Assembly (NCBI GenBank): GCA_902556355.1
Contig: CACDVW010000004.1
Coordinates: 1-57,356, forward strand
Reading direction: 5' to 3'
Origin: an uncultured SAR86 cluster bacterium
Lineage (GTDB): Bacteria > Pseudomonadota > Gammaproteobacteria > Magnimaribacterales > D2472
Length of the DNA stretch: 57,356 bases
Shown: positions 9,917 to 18,810 of the stretch, piece by piece
Position numbering within the stretch: the first letter of the stretch is position 1
Layout of the letters: each line of letters begins with the position of its first letter
Notes under the pieces: model-generated
Database searches by the model: none
What the model saw: only the letters and a program-made list of their open reading frames with translations
Told to the model about the DNA's origin: nothing
Made by a program: the position numbers and the translations under genes

Positions 9917-11394
9917 CTATTAAATTCATCATCAAGCGATCTGTAAAGTTCCCTGCATGCAAAAGCTGTAATTATAGAAAAGGGTATTCCAAATATCACA
10001 ACTGCTGTTTGTAAAGCACCTAATCCGCCTGCTTTCAAAAGAACTCCCGCCAAAACTCCCAGAAGAATTGCCCACGTTATTCTTGATATTAATGGTGAAT
10101 CACCCTCTATATCAGCACCTTTTTTAGAGGAAAGCATAGAAGCAACTAATGCACCCGAATCAGAAGAAGTAACAAAAAAAGTAACTATTACAAATAGTGT
10201 TGCGGTTGATAAAGTCAATGAAAAAGACATTGAATCATATAAAACAAATAACGCAGTTGTAACATCTTTACTTACAGCTGAAGCAATATCACCAATATTA
10301 TTAAGTACCTGATATAAGGCAGCATTTCCAAATACTCCCATCCATATAAAAACTATTAAAGACGGAACAAATAGAACACCTACTATAAATTCTTTTATTG
10401 ATCTGCCATAAGAAATTCTAGCTATAAAGAGCGAAACAAATGGAGCCCATGCAAACCACCAGGTAAAATAAAATAAAGTATATGCATTTTGATAAACAGT
10501 ACTTTCATATGCTTCGGTCCATGTAGATAGTTGAATGATCTGATTTAAATAGACACCTGCATTTTGAATTATAGAATTTAAAATAAATAATGTTGGACCT
10601 AATAATAAAACAGCTAATAAAAGAAGCCCTGCAATTGTCATATTTATTTGAGAAAGTCTTTTAATCCCTCTATCTAGTCCAAGAGAAACACTTATTAACC
10701 CTAGTATTGTAATAAAAACTATTATTGGAATTTCACCTAAATTAATACCAAAAATATAATTCAGACCACCATTAATTTGAGATGCTCCTAATCCTAATGA
10801 TGTTGCTATACCAGTTATCGTTGTAAGAATTGCTATAATATCAATAGTTGCAGCTAGAGGCTTATTGTTTTCCACATATGATCCCAGAAGAGAGCTTACC
10901 CTAAAAGGTCTATTTTTATTATAACTGGAATAAGCAAAACATAATCCAAGTGCAGAATATATTGCCCATCCATGTAAACCCCAATGAAGATTAGCTAAAC
11001 TTATTGCCTTGCCCGCATTATAAGAAAGATTTCCTTCAATCATTCCAGGATAATCATTAAGATTACCAATTGGCTCAGCTACACCATAAAATAATAGACC
11101 TATACCCAAACCGGCACTAAAAAGCATAGCAATCCAGCTTTTATATGAATATGCTGGCCTTGCATTTTGTCCACCAAGTTTAATATCTTTATATTTAGTA
11201 AAAACTAAATAGATAGAAAAAACTAAAAAGCCATTAGCAATTATTATTATTAACCAACCGAGATATTCAGATAATAGTAATTGAGTTGATGAAAAAAATG
11301 CAGACGATGCAGATAAATTTGTATATACAATCGTTGTAATTGCTATCAAGAGAAAGGTTGAGATAAAAAATCTGGACTTGTTAAGATTATTCAT
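9913..11394 (-). CDS. BCCT family transporter
   Basis: SWIAMLFSAGLGIGLLFYGVAEP, HWGLHGWAIY, WWFAWAPFV, FFVTSSDSG. Confidence 0.95.
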   Translation of the reverse strand: MNNLNKSRFFISTFLLIAITTIVYTNLSASSAFFSSTQLLLSEYLGWLIIIIANGFLVFSIYLVFTKYKDIKLGGQNARPAYSYKSWIAMLFSAGLGIGLLFYGVAEPIGNLNDYPGMIEGNLSYNAGKAISLANLHWGLHGWAIYSALGLCFAYSSYNKNRPFRVSSLLGSYVENNKPLAATIDIIAILTTITGIATSLGLGASQINGGLNYIFGINLGEIPIIVFITILGLISVSLGLDRGIKRLSQINMTIAGLLLLAVLLLGPTLFILNSIIQNAGVYLNQIIQLSTWTEAYESTVYQNAYTLFYFTWWFAWAPFVSLFIARISYGRSIKEFIVGVLFVPSLIVFIWMGVFGNAALYQVLNNIGDIASAVSKDVTTALFVLYDSMSFSLTLSTATLFVIVTFFVTSSDSGALVASMLSSKKGADIEGDSPLISRITWAILLGVLAGVLLKAGGLGALQTAVVIFGIPFSIITAFACRELYRSLDDEFNS

Positions 11395-11473
11395 TAATAA
11401 ATTTATGTTTATTTGATTTTAAGTGAAACATAAATATGAGCTTTTTTCTAGGTAATAGTTGGACCAATTATAT

Positions 11474-11501
11474 TTGCATCCTTTTTTTAAGCTGGTATTA
11501 T
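11474..11501 (+). promoter_or_regulatory. Putative sigma70 promoter for the TBDR
   Basis: TTGCAT-N16-TATTAT with an extended -10 TG, about 127 nt before the ATG at 11629. Confidence 0.55.
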
Positions 11502-11628
11502 AGTCTCAAGACCGATTTACTGAAATTGCTGGTCTATAAACAAAGCTAAACTTCTCTGGGGGAAAAACTGGGGGAAACCTGCTCATTGTTTATTTGCAAT
11601 TTCTTTAACTTATATAAAGGAATTTATT

Positions 11629-14157
11629 ATGTTCAATAATTATAAACAAAATAAAATACTACCTTCCTTATCTGCTCTTGCTCTTGTAAACACTGCTGCT
11701 TTTAGTGGTCTTGTTGCTGGGCAAAGTCAGGCAACAGTTGAAGAGATTGTTGTTACAGCAAGGAAGAAGGCTGAGAGTCTTCAAGATGTACCGCTTTCAG
11801 TTTCTGCTCTTAAAGAGGAAACTCTAGAAGAAAAGGGCATAAATGTCTTTGAAGACTATTTACTGCAGCTTCCTGGAGTAACAGCTGGTGGTTCTGGTCC
11901 AGGTCAGAGCACTATCTATATTAGAGGTTTAGCCTCAACAACTCCAAACTTAACGACTGCAGGTGTTGCTGGATTAGCACCTAATGTGTCCTTCTATCTA
12001 GATGAACAGCCTTTGGCGCAGCCTGGAAGAAACTTAGATGTTTATGCGGCTGATGTATCAAGAATTGAGGTATTAGCTGGACCACAAGGAACACTCTTTG
12101 GGGCTAGTTCTCAAGCTGGTGTTGTTAGATTAATAACTAATAAACCAGTTATGGGTGAAAGTGCTAGCAGTCTTGAAGTAGAAGCTAGACTAACATCTGG
12201 TGGTGAAGAAGGTAATAAGTTTGAATATATGAGTAATGTTCCATTGGGAACAGGATCAGCATTAAGGTTTGTTGCTTACAGAGATCATAGAGGTGGTTAT
12301 ATTGATCAAGTTGCAGGTACTTTAAATGTAGGACAATCTGCTAGATATAGAGCAGCAGGTACCGTTAGAGCTAATGGTTTACCAGTTGCTTCTTCAAGAG
12401 CAGGCTTTAAAGCAGGAACTGATTTATCTGGTGCTAATCTTATTGATGCAAATGCAATAGTTAAAGAAGATGCTAACCCTGTAACATATCAAGGCTTTAG
12501 AGCTAGTGTTGCACATGAAATTAATGACAATTGGGATGCTCTTGTAACTGTTGCACAGCAAACCATTGATTCAGATGGTGTATTCTTTGTAGATCCAACC
12601 TTAGATGATTTAGAAATCCAAAGATATTCAGACGATACAATTAAAGACGAATTTGATAACTTAAGTCTTACTCTTAATGGTTCAATTGGTGATCTAGAAG
12701 TTGTATATGCTGGCGCTTATACTGACAGGGTTACAGATCAAAACATTGATTACACAGATTACCTATTTGTTGGACAATACCTTCCTTACTACATTTGTGA
12801 TGGAGGAGTTTCTTACCCATCTGATGGTGTAGCTGTTGGAACTTGTGGTTCACCTCAATTGTATGTTGACTCAACTACAAATACAGAGGTAACAACACAT
12901 GAACTTCGTGTAAATGCACCAGTTAGTGATACTGTAGAGGTTACAGCTGGTATGTTCTTCAGTGATCTAGTTTTAACTGAGTTAAACTTATTTACATACC
13001 CAAGCTCAGTTGAGTATGGTGTTGATTATGCTCCAAACTATGCTTTAACGGATACATCTGTTACAGGTTCAATTAACAGTGCTTCGCCAGGATGGTTCTC
13101 AGCTGGACCATTCTCTACTCCAGTAATTTTCTTCAATGATATTAAGAGAACTGATAAACAAAAAGGCTTTTTTGGTGAAGTGAATATTGCATTACAGGAT
13201 GATGTTGAGCTGACTGTTGGCGCTAGATACTATGATATAGATGTTGATTTTGAAGGTAGTGCAAACTCATCATTCTTAAATGGTGGAGGCGACGTCCAAA
13301 GATATGGATCTAATTTGTCTGCACAATATGCTCCAAACAATGCTAATGGATATCCTGACAAAGCATCAACTGACGGTGTTATTGGAAAAGCAACTTTATC
13401 TTGGAATCCATCTGATAACGCAATGTATTACATCACATGGTCAGAAGGTTTTAGACCAGGACTATTAAACAGACCTGTTGGTTCTTCTAATGCTGATGGT
13501 TCATATACAGTTAAACCAGAAGTAAAATCTGATGAGGTTACCAATTTTGAATTTGGTTGGAAAACAACTTCTGAAGATGGAAAATTAAGGTTTAACGGAA
13601 GTGCTTTTATGTTAGACATCTCAGGGCTACAAAGTACTATCTTTGACCCAAGTATTGTTAACTTATTCTTCTCAGATAATGCTGCTGATGCTGAAATCAC
13701 AGGTGTTGAAGGTGATTTCATATATATAACTGATACTGACCTAGTACTTTCAGGTGCTTTCTCGGTGTTAGACTCAGAAATTACAAAAAGTCTCGTTCCA
13801 ACAGACGATGTTGTTGTAGGTTCTGAATTAGCATTTGCGCCTGGCTTCCAAGGAAACTTATCAGCTAGAAAAGAATGGGGTATGTCTTCTGGTAATACTC
13901 TGCATTGGCAAGGACAGATGACATTCTCTGATAAGAGCTACTCTGATATTATGGCGCCAAATAAGGCCGAGCAGGACTCATATAGCTATTTCAATATGAG
14001 AACTGGTATTAGCAATGATGATATGACTCTTGAGCTTTACTTAGATAATGTTACTGATAAGAGAGCTGATATTAGTAATACATTTGTATTCGATAGAGCT
14101 AGAGTTGCTATTATCAAGCCTAGAACAATTGGTGTTAGATATAAGAAAAACTTTTAA
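11629..14157 (+). CDS. TonB-dependent receptor
   Basis: Signal peptide, EEIVVTARK TonB box, IYIRG, RIEVLAGPQGTLFGA, terminal Phe; same subfamily as the receptor at 2-2215. Confidence 0.95.
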   Translation: MFNNYKQNKILPSLSALALVNTAAFSGLVAGQSQATVEEIVVTARKKAESLQDVPLSVSALKEETLEEKGINVFEDYLLQLPGVTAGGSGPGQSTIYIRGLASTTPNLTTAGVAGLAPNVSFYLDEQPLAQPGRNLDVYAADVSRIEVLAGPQGTLFGASSQAGVVRLITNKPVMGESASSLEVEARLTSGGEEGNKFEYMSNVPLGTGSALRFVAYRDHRGGYIDQVAGTLNVGQSARYRAAGTVRANGLPVASSRAGFKAGTDLSGANLIDANAIVKEDANPVTYQGFRASVAHEINDNWDALVTVAQQTIDSDGVFFVDPTLDDLEIQRYSDDTIKDEFDNLSLTLNGSIGDLEVVYAGAYTDRVTDQNIDYTDYLFVGQYLPYYICDGGVSYPSDGVAVGTCGSPQLYVDSTTNTEVTTHELRVNAPVSDTVEVTAGMFFSDLVLTELNLFTYPSSVEYGVDYAPNYALTDTSVTGSINSASPGWFSAGPFSTPVIFFNDIKRTDKQKGFFGEVNIALQDDVELTVGARYYDIDVDFEGSANSSFLNGGGDVQRYGSNLSAQYAPNNANGYPDKASTDGVIGKATLSWNPSDNAMYYITWSEGFRPGLLNRPVGSSNADGSYTVKPEVKSDEVTNFEFGWKTTSEDGKLRFNGSAFMLDISGLQSTIFDPSIVNLFFSDNAADAEITGVEGDFIYITDTDLVLSGAFSVLDSEITKSLVPTDDVVVGSELAFAPGFQGNLSARKEWGMSSGNTLHWQGQMTFSDKSYSDIMAPNKAEQDSYSYFNMRTGISNDDMTLELYLDNVTDKRADISNTFVFDRARVAIIKPRTIGVRYKKNF

Positions 14158-14178
14158 TACTTAACATTAAATGTATTT

Positions 14179-14202
14179 AAGGGAGCTTAGGCTCCCTTTT
14201 TT
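14179..14202 (+). terminator. Rho-independent terminator
   Basis: AAGGGAGC-TTAG-GCTCCCTT hairpin followed by a T tract, 21 nt after the TBDR stop. Confidence 0.85.
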
Positions 14203-14243
14203 ATTTATAATTAAATAAAAGTATAGTTATTTAAGTTTTAACA

Positions 14244-16187
14244 ATGAACCAATTTGATGATTCAGCATTAGCAGTTGATCTAAACGAAGCTACTCAGTTA
14301 GTTAAAGAAAATCGTTTTGATGCTGCACTTAAATTATTAGAAATTATCCTATCCAATAATGCTGATCATATTGATGCGCTTTATCTGGCAGCAGTTTCAT
14401 CAAGGTATCTTAAGAAATTTGATGAATCTAAGAATTATATTGAAGGTCTGCTCAAAGTTGCGCCTGATATGGCTCGAGCATATCAAGAATTGGGTCATCT
14501 AAATAAAGCTTTATCAAATGATGAAAAAGCTATATCTAGTTACAGACAAGCATGCGAATTAAATCCTGCTCTGTATGCATCTTGGGCAGCTCTTCATGAA
14601 TATTTTTCAAAGCAAAATAATATATCTGCCAAACTTCACGCAGAAGAGCAAATAGATAGACTTAAATCTTTACCTAAAACTTTGTTATACATTGATCAAA
14701 TTATGAACGAAGGCCGTCTTGGAATTGCTGAAAAAAGATGCAGAGAATTCTTAAAAGTCCATCCAACTAACACATATGCAATGTCACAACTAGCTGAAAT
14801 TGCAGACAGGCTTGGATATTTTGATGATGCCGAAGTGTTATTAGAAAAAGCTGTAGAATTTAACCCAGAAGATGGCGACCTCCGTATGAAGTATGCCATG
14901 GTACTCCGGAAGAAACAAAAATTTGAAAAAACAATGGAGCAAGTAAATATACTATGTCAAAAATTTCCAAATAATATTTCTTATCAAACTCAAAAAGCTA
15001 GCGAATTAATGCAAAATGGTGATCATGAAAAAGCTGTAGATCTTTTTGATCACATAATTACCAAAAATCCTGTTAACTTTAGCTCTTATACTTTTAAAGG
15101 TCATGCGTTAAAAACTCTTGGCAAAACTGATGATGCAATCGACAGTTATAAGTCAGCATATAATATTAAACCTGATCATGGTGAGGCCTTCTTTTCTTTA
15201 TCAAACCTTAAAACTTATTCATTTACTGATAATGAAATTAATATAATTGAAAAACAATTATCTAGAATTGACCTGTCTTTAAAAGAAAAAGTTTATTTTC
15301 ACTTTGCACTTGCTCAAGCTTGTGAATCAAAAGGTGATTATGATAAATCGTTTCATCATCTTTCAGAAGGCAACCTTATTAAGCGAAATCAAAGTAAATA
15401 CTCTATTGAGATGATGGATAAAGATCCTATTTTTATTCTAGGACTTCCAAGAGCTGGCTCTACATTAATAGAGCAAATACTAGCCTCACATTCAATGATA
15501 GATGGGACTCTTGAATTGCCGAATATTTTGTCACTTGCACAAAGTCTCAGAGGTGATGATGTTTATGGTAAGGAAGGGAAATATCCGAAGGTAATGAGTA
15601 ACTTTACAGAATCACAAAGACAAATAATGGGTGAGGAGTTTATCAGAGATACAATGATGCATAGACAAAATGCACCAATGTTTACTGATAAAATGCCAAA
15701 TAATTTTAGGCACATTGCCTTAATTCATCTTATTTTACCAAATGCAAAAATTATTGATGCTAGAAGATATCCACTAGATTGTTGTTTTAGTATGTTCAAG
15801 CAGCTTTTTGCACAAGGTCAAGAATTCACATATGGCCTTAAAGAAGCAGGCAGCTATTATAATAGTTATGCAAATCTTATGAATCATTGGGATAAAGTTC
15901 TTCCAGGAAAAATTCTTACAGTTAATAACGAAGATATTATTGATGATTTAGAGGGTCAAGTAGAAAGAATACTTAATTTTATAGATATTCCTTTTGAAGA
16001 AAGCTGTGTATCGTTTCATAAAACTGAAAGATCAGTAAGAACAGCCAGCTCAGAACAAGTAAGACAACCAATCAATAAAAAAGGTATGGGACGATGGAAG
16101 CCCTATGCTAAGCATTTAAAGCCATTGCTTGAAACAATAGATAATACTTTGCTTAAACAAGAGGATATTGATCTTATTAATTCTTAA
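14244..16187 (+). CDS. TPR-sulfotransferase protein (paralog of 4546-6501, shortened linker)
   Basis: TPRs plus PIFILGLPRAGSTL, DKMPNN, TASSEQVRQP. Confidence 0.9.
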   Translation: MNQFDDSALAVDLNEATQLVKENRFDAALKLLEIILSNNADHIDALYLAAVSSRYLKKFDESKNYIEGLLKVAPDMARAYQELGHLNKALSNDEKAISSYRQACELNPALYASWAALHEYFSKQNNISAKLHAEEQIDRLKSLPKTLLYIDQIMNEGRLGIAEKRCREFLKVHPTNTYAMSQLAEIADRLGYFDDAEVLLEKAVEFNPEDGDLRMKYAMVLRKKQKFEKTMEQVNILCQKFPNNISYQTQKASELMQNGDHEKAVDLFDHIITKNPVNFSSYTFKGHALKTLGKTDDAIDSYKSAYNIKPDHGEAFFSLSNLKTYSFTDNEINIIEKQLSRIDLSLKEKVYFHFALAQACESKGDYDKSFHHLSEGNLIKRNQSKYSIEMMDKDPIFILGLPRAGSTLIEQILASHSMIDGTLELPNILSLAQSLRGDDVYGKEGKYPKVMSNFTESQRQIMGEEFIRDTMMHRQNAPMFTDKMPNNFRHIALIHLILPNAKIIDARRYPLDCCFSMFKQLFAQGQEFTYGLKEAGSYYNSYANLMNHWDKVLPGKILTVNNEDIIDDLEGQVERILNFIDIPFEESCVSFHKTERSVRTASSEQVRQPINKKGMGRWKPYAKHLKPLLETIDNTLLKQEDIDLINS

Positions 16188-16254
16188 TATATTTATTGAA
16201 TCTTAACTTAAAAGTATTAGTATTAATTAGTTAGTTAAATAATAGGGAGTTAAT

Positions 16255-16635
16255 ATGACAAATTTAATAGTATGTGTAGTTATGTTTTACATTCTGCACT
16301 TGTTCTTGGTAATGAGCTTCTCACTTCATAAGGTACCATTTATTCAGTGGACATATACTGGTGGTGATATATCAGGCAAGACAGCGTTATCAGAAAGGAT
16401 GGCTTCAGCAGGAGATAATTTACGACAATCCTTGCCAATATTCTTAGTTTTAGCAGTACTGTCAGTTATTTTGGAAGTTGATAATTTAATACTAGCTCAA
16501 ACATGGTTAGGTCTAAGAGTTTTATACTTACTTGGAGCAATGGCTGATCTATATAGATTTAAAATGATAAGACCAATAATATGGTTGCCTTCAATCATAG
16601 TTTTAGTCTGTATGGGCTGCAATCTATATATCTAA
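16255..16635 (+). CDS. MAPEG-like membrane protein
   Basis: Four TMs; R..A..NL.QSLPIF and RVLY pattern; GGGAG RBS. Confidence 0.65.
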   Translation: MTNLIVCVVMFYILHLFLVMSFSLHKVPFIQWTYTGGDISGKTALSERMASAGDNLRQSLPIFLVLAVLSVILEVDNLILAQTWLGLRVLYLLGAMADLYRFKMIRPIIWLPSIIVLVCMGCNLYI

Positions 16636-16639
16636 AATT

Positions 16640-16707
16640 TTGATAGCAGGTTCAGGGGAAAACCTGCTATCAATGAAAGTATTGATTGTGCATCGAGGAG
16701 TACTTTC
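16640..16707 (+). terminator. Tandem hairpins between convergent genes (terminator or sRNA)
   Basis: 13-bp perfect stem TTGATAGCAGGTT/AACCTGCTATCAA (16640-16673), then GAAAGTATT/AGTACTTTC (16675-16707). Confidence 0.55.
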
Positions 16708-16783
16708 GATATCTATTTAACTTAATTTATAAGACTTTTATATTAAGGGTTTGAAACTTATTGTTAACTTTGCGTAACAACAA

Positions 16784-17125
16784 TTATTTAATTACATTAA
16801 ATTTTCTTTCAATTCGAGCTTGGCCTCTATGAACACAGCTCATATTGCTTGTATTAGTGTCTATTAAAGTAATGATTTGATGGTCAAACATGCAATAAGT
16901 TTGGATCAGATCTGTTATGTAAACTTTGCTTATTGGTTCTTCGAGAAAACTTGTAACAGACAAGATATCATACTTATTACAGGTACTAATTTTACTTAAA
17001 GCGTCCTTGTAAGCATCGTCTGATGATTGAAGTCTTTTTGTTATTAAAACTGAACATTTTGTATCAAATTCAGCATAAACATTAAAACTAAAAATAATTA
17101 AGAAAGTGTATATTAATGATCTCAT
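16784..17125 (-). CDS. Hypothetical exported protein
   Basis: Signal peptide ending in VYA; four Cys residues. Confidence 0.65.
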   Translation of the reverse strand: MRSLIYTFLIIFSFNVYAEFDTKCSVLITKRLQSSDDAYKDALSKISTCNKYDILSVTSFLEEPISKVYITDLIQTYCMFDHQIITLIDTNTSNMSCVHRGQARIERKFNVIK

Positions 17126-17216
17126 TTGCTAATCTTATCACCTAAAAAAATAAATTGAATAATCTAGAAAATAGTATTAACGTAAATCTATATTTTATTA
17201 TGGGGAGCTAAATAAA

Positions 17217-18350
17217 ATGGAAGACTTTGGATTTGGAACACAAATTAGAAAAAGTCCTTTTTTTGATGCCACAGTCAAGTGGGGAGCAAAAGATTTCTCT
17301 GTCTATAACCACATGTATATACCAAGAGATTTTGGTAATCCAGAACAAAATTTTTGGAATTTAATAAATGATGCAATTCTTTGCGATGTAGCGGTTGAAA
17401 GACAAGTACAGGTCAAAGGACCCGATGCTAGTAAATTTGTCCAAATGATGACACCAAGAGACTTATCTAATATGAAGGTAGGACAGTGTAAGTATGTAAT
17501 ATTGGTTAATCAAAATGGCGGTGTTTTAAACGATCCGATTTTATTAAAAGTTAGTGAAGATAAATATTGGTTTTCTCTTGCTGACAGCGACATTCTTTTT
17601 TGGGCTCAAGGTTTACTAGCTAATACAAATTATAATGTTGAGATAACCGAACCTGATGTATCACCGCTGCAGCTTCAAGGCCCTAAATCAAGAGATATTA
17701 TGATTAAAATATTTGGAGAACAAATATCTGACTTAAAATATTATTGGTTTAAGCAATTTGCATTTAATAATACAGAGTTAATTATTTCAAGAACTGGTTG
17801 GTCTAGTGAATTAGGATATGAAATTTTTCTTACAGATTCAAAAGTTGGTAATGAGATTTATGAACATATTATGAAGATTGGAGAGCCCATGGGTTTAAAG
17901 CCAGGCCACACTTCTACAATAAGGAGAATTGAAGGAGGTATGCTTTCTTATCATGCTGATATGACTATAAATACAAACCCTTTAGAGCTTGGTATGGGTA
18001 AGTTTATTGATTTAAATAGTGATTTTGATTTTATTGGTAAAGATGCTCTTATTAAAATAAAAAAAAATGGTATTAAAAGAAAGCAAGTTGGACTGTATCT
18101 AGATAATAAACGTATGGATGGACCCAATACTAGATTTTGGGATCTTATGCATAACGATAAAATAGTTGGCAAAATAACTTCAGCTGTTTATTCTCCGCGT
18201 CTAGAACAAAATATTGCTTTGGCTATTGTTAATATAAATTACTCAAACTTAAACCAGAAATTAATTGTTAATGATGGTAATAATGAATTTAATGCAGTGG
18301 TTGTAAATAAACCCTTTTATGACCCAAATAAAAAATTAACTAAATCTTAA
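17217..18350 (+). CDS. GcvT-family aminomethyltransferase (DmdA-like paralog)
   Basis: VYNHM, DVAVERQV, LQLQGPKS, SRTGWSSELGYE, RRIEGG, PFYDP. Confidence 0.88.
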   Translation: MEDFGFGTQIRKSPFFDATVKWGAKDFSVYNHMYIPRDFGNPEQNFWNLINDAILCDVAVERQVQVKGPDASKFVQMMTPRDLSNMKVGQCKYVILVNQNGGVLNDPILLKVSEDKYWFSLADSDILFWAQGLLANTNYNVEITEPDVSPLQLQGPKSRDIMIKIFGEQISDLKYYWFKQFAFNNTELIISRTGWSSELGYEIFLTDSKVGNEIYEHIMKIGEPMGLKPGHTSTIRRIEGGMLSYHADMTINTNPLELGMGKFIDLNSDFDFIGKDALIKIKKNGIKRKQVGLYLDNKRMDGPNTRFWDLMHNDKIVGKITSAVYSPRLEQNIALAIVNINYSNLNQKLIVNDGNNEFNAVVVNKPFYDPNKKLTKS

Positions 18351-18520
18351 AAAGCTATTGGTATAGCAAAACCTAAGATTACAAAAAACCATTTACTAAA
18401 TTTAAAAAACAGAAGCATGCTCATGTTTTGTCCATGATCGCTAAATTTGCTTCCTTCAAACGACCACATGATGCCACCGATAAATAGAGAGATTATCGAG
18501 TATATAAAAACAGTTTCCAT
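18347..18520 (-). CDS. 57-aa two-TM small protein (not in ORF track)
   Basis: METVFIYSIISLFIGGIMWSFEG...FFVILGFAIPIAF; AGGA RBS; 4-nt convergent stop overlap. Confidence 0.6.
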   Translation of the reverse strand: METVFIYSIISLFIGGIMWSFEGSKFSDHGQNMSMLLFFKFSKWFFVILGFAIPIAF

Positions 18521-18553
18521 TGTTCACAATCCTAAAAATTATATTTACCTGAA

Positions 18554-18637
18554 CTACCAATTATTTTTATTTTTTACTACCCAATAAAGTAAGGCTATAA
18601 ATATTAGATTTCCTATTAAATAAGTAGAGTAATCCAT
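18554..18637 (-). CDS. Possible 27-aa membrane peptide
   Basis: MDYSTYLIGNLIFIALLYWVVKNKNNW: one TM and a basic tail; no clear RBS. Confidence 0.4.
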   Translation of the reverse strand: MDYSTYLIGNLIFIALLYWVVKNKNNW

Positions 18638-18699
18638 GACTGTTATTTTATATGATTTATTGTGTGAAATTAGTTACATGTATGTAAAATTATACATAT

Positions 18700-18783
18700 A
18701 TGACAAAATCTAAATTTTTATTACTATTAATCTTATCTTTATTAATTCCTGTTGTATTAATTAGATTAATAGTAGGTTTTTAA
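18700..18783 (+). CDS. Possible 27-aa membrane peptide
   Basis: MTKSKFLLLLILSLLIPVVLIRLIVGF; no clear RBS. Confidence 0.4.
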   Translation: MTKSKFLLLLILSLLIPVVLIRLIVGF

Positions 18784-18810
18784 AATATAGATACATCAAA
18801 AAGGGGAAAC

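Noticed and set aside
11505-11628. Cobalamin or TPP riboswitch
   Set aside because: Only a loose ACCTGC resemblance to the B12 box; the other conserved elements of either class are not evident.
17217-18350. Calling this gene dmdA or gcvT
   Set aside because: The family is clear, but the N-terminus differs from the DmdA sequences I recall and no gcvH/gcvP is adjacent. A phylogeny is needed.
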